DNA of 63,475 nt, the filler included, from Rhabdomonas costata (taxonomy: Eukaryota), in NCBI GenBank assembly GCA_019059605.1. It is 54 parts of 54 records of this genome, joined end to end, with 100 filler letters (N's around TTAATTAATTAA, not from the genome) between each part and the next. Parts side by side here need not be neighbours in the genome. Positions count along the whole stretch, not along the records: positions 62,399 to 63,475 come from JAHMHO010029871.1; 53 more parts are not named here. One strand, given 5' to 3'. Positions 62,399 to 63,475 of the stretch are shown one piece after another (positions within the stretch are counted from its first letter, which is position 1; every line of letters starts with the position of its first letter). The translations under genes and the position numbers were made by a program. The notes below the pieces were generated by a model that was given only the letters and a program-made list of their open reading frames with translations, was not told where the DNA came from and did no database searches.

Positions 62399-63319
62399 GT
62401 TTTTGTGTATTATGTATATTTTTTTTTCATATAATTGTGTATTCTTTGGAAATGTATAATATTCATATTTTTTTAACATATTTAATGATTCTGAATCGTC
62501 CCATTTCGGTAAAAAACATATAAAACATATTTTAGATGTATTATTTATTGCATTTAATATATATTTTATTGTAATATCTATAAAAATATTTGAATTTAAT
62601 GGTGCAACTTGATATATTTCTTCATTTGGAACAAAATCAATAAAATTACCTAATGAACTAAAATATTTATCAGTATCATTAAATGCTGAACAAAAAAAAG
62701 GTAATGTACTGTATTGTGGAGCCGCAAATAATTCTGTCTTACAATTATATTTCTTTAAAATCTCAAATATTTCATTTGGCGATGCTCCTTGATTATTTCT
62801 TTCATGTTCTAACATTTCATATCGTACTAATAATATTAATATTCTAATGTCTTTGTAATTTTTATTGTCTTTATATAATAAAGTTAATTTATCATAATAT
62901 TTTTTGTCTATTTTAAAAAATTTTTTTTTATTATTTATTATAATCTTAAAAATATTATTTATATATGATATTTCTCCAGATACTACTTCTTTTTTAAATT
63001 TATGTACTTTTACAATTAATTTCTCAGAAATATTTAATAATATTGACGCTGTATCATTTGGATTTTTTATTTTATTTGATGTTAATATATCTATTAACAA
63101 ATTTTTTGTTTTTTTATTTGGGAGAACTGGATCATGTATTTTAAGAGATTGATGAAATAATGTTGTACTTAATAGCCATTGTGTAAAATTTTTTACTTTA
63201 CAATTTTGTTTTTTATGTATTTCCTGAAATTCATCATATAATTTTTTAACTTGTTTTAATCTATATAGTTCTTTATATAGTTGATTCCATATTTTTTGAT
63301 CTTTTTTATTGTATATCAT
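62399..63319 (-). CDS. PCIF1/CAPAM-like (cap-adjacent N6-adenosine methyltransferase domain) protein, 3'-truncated, probably of giant-virus origin
   Basis: LLVRYEML..NQGASP.EIFE.L.....ELFAAP.....FCSAFNDTDKYFSSLG.F.DF....FICFLPKW parallels PCIF1 (LLRRYQM..LQGSLP.HVFE.L...ECFASPLN..YCSAFPDTDGYFGSRG..LDF...FIVFIPEW). Intronless, very AT-rich, no WW domain. Confidence 0.85.
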
Positions 63320-63352
63320 ATAATTTATATAGTATTTTTAATACCATATAAA

Positions 63353-63360
63353 AAAATTGA
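63353..63360 (+). promoter_or_regulatory. AAAATTGA, Mimiviridae-type early promoter motif, oriented away from the PCIF1-like gene
   Basis: Exact octamer in the short intergenic region. A chance occurrence in AT-rich DNA is possible. Confidence 0.4.
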
Positions 63361-63381
63361 TAATTTAAATATATATAAAAT

Positions 63382-63475
63382 AAAATTGTAAAGTAAAAAA
63401 TTTTACACAATGGCTATTAAGTACAACATTATTTCATCAATCTCTTAAAATACATGATCCAGTTCCCCCAAACAA
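63382..63475. other. Terminal fold-back chimera (inverted copy of ~63115-63207)
   Basis: Exact reverse complement except the last bases, which are changed to C/A (TTCTCCCAAATAA to TTCCCCCAAACAA). Confidence 0.9.

Noticed and set aside
8-63152. Most ORFs in the supplied track
   Set aside because: They are shadow or intron-spanning ORFs from GTG/TTG starts in eukaryotic DNA, or run into the N spacers, and carry no recognisable motifs.
14136-63319. Two N6-adenine methyltransferases (DIRS-type and PCIF1-type) as one system
   Set aside because: They lie on unlinked contigs with very different composition. Co-occurrence only reflects grouping of similar-length contigs.

Overview
This window is not one genomic locus. 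It is 54 unrelated short contigs (~1,076-1,081 bp each) joined by an artificial 100-nt spacer (N44-TTAATTAATTAA-N44), so neighbouring contigs carry no synteny information. Most contigs come from an intron-rich, repeat-rich eukaryote with short GC-rich exons, GT-AG and GC-AG introns, a 'DEWMY'-type class III cyclase and several hybrid histidine kinases. A euglenid-like protist is my inference. Recognisable gene fragments: CDC45, striatin, a class III nucleotidyl cyclase, Rab-GGTase beta, a MORN protein, three two-component fragments, a PSI-domain exon, a CtlX-like amidinotransferase and a DEAD-box helicase. Mobile DNA includes a DIRS-like RT/RNase H, Ty3/gypsy integrase and gag remnants, and two dispersed repeat families. 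Contig ends show G/T-only primer tails and about 10 terminal fold-back chimeras, which points to whole-genome amplification. Two contigs stand out. (1) 14136-15215 is a self-overlapping (circular or tandem) 953-bp unit carrying a Dam/DIRS-type N6-adenine methyltransferase whose reading frame stays in phase around the unit. (2) 62399-63475 is very AT-rich, intronless and giant-virus-like, and encodes a PCIF1/CAPAM-like cap methyltransferase whose NPPF motif is replaced by APLN. All family calls are by motif recognition; no searches were run.
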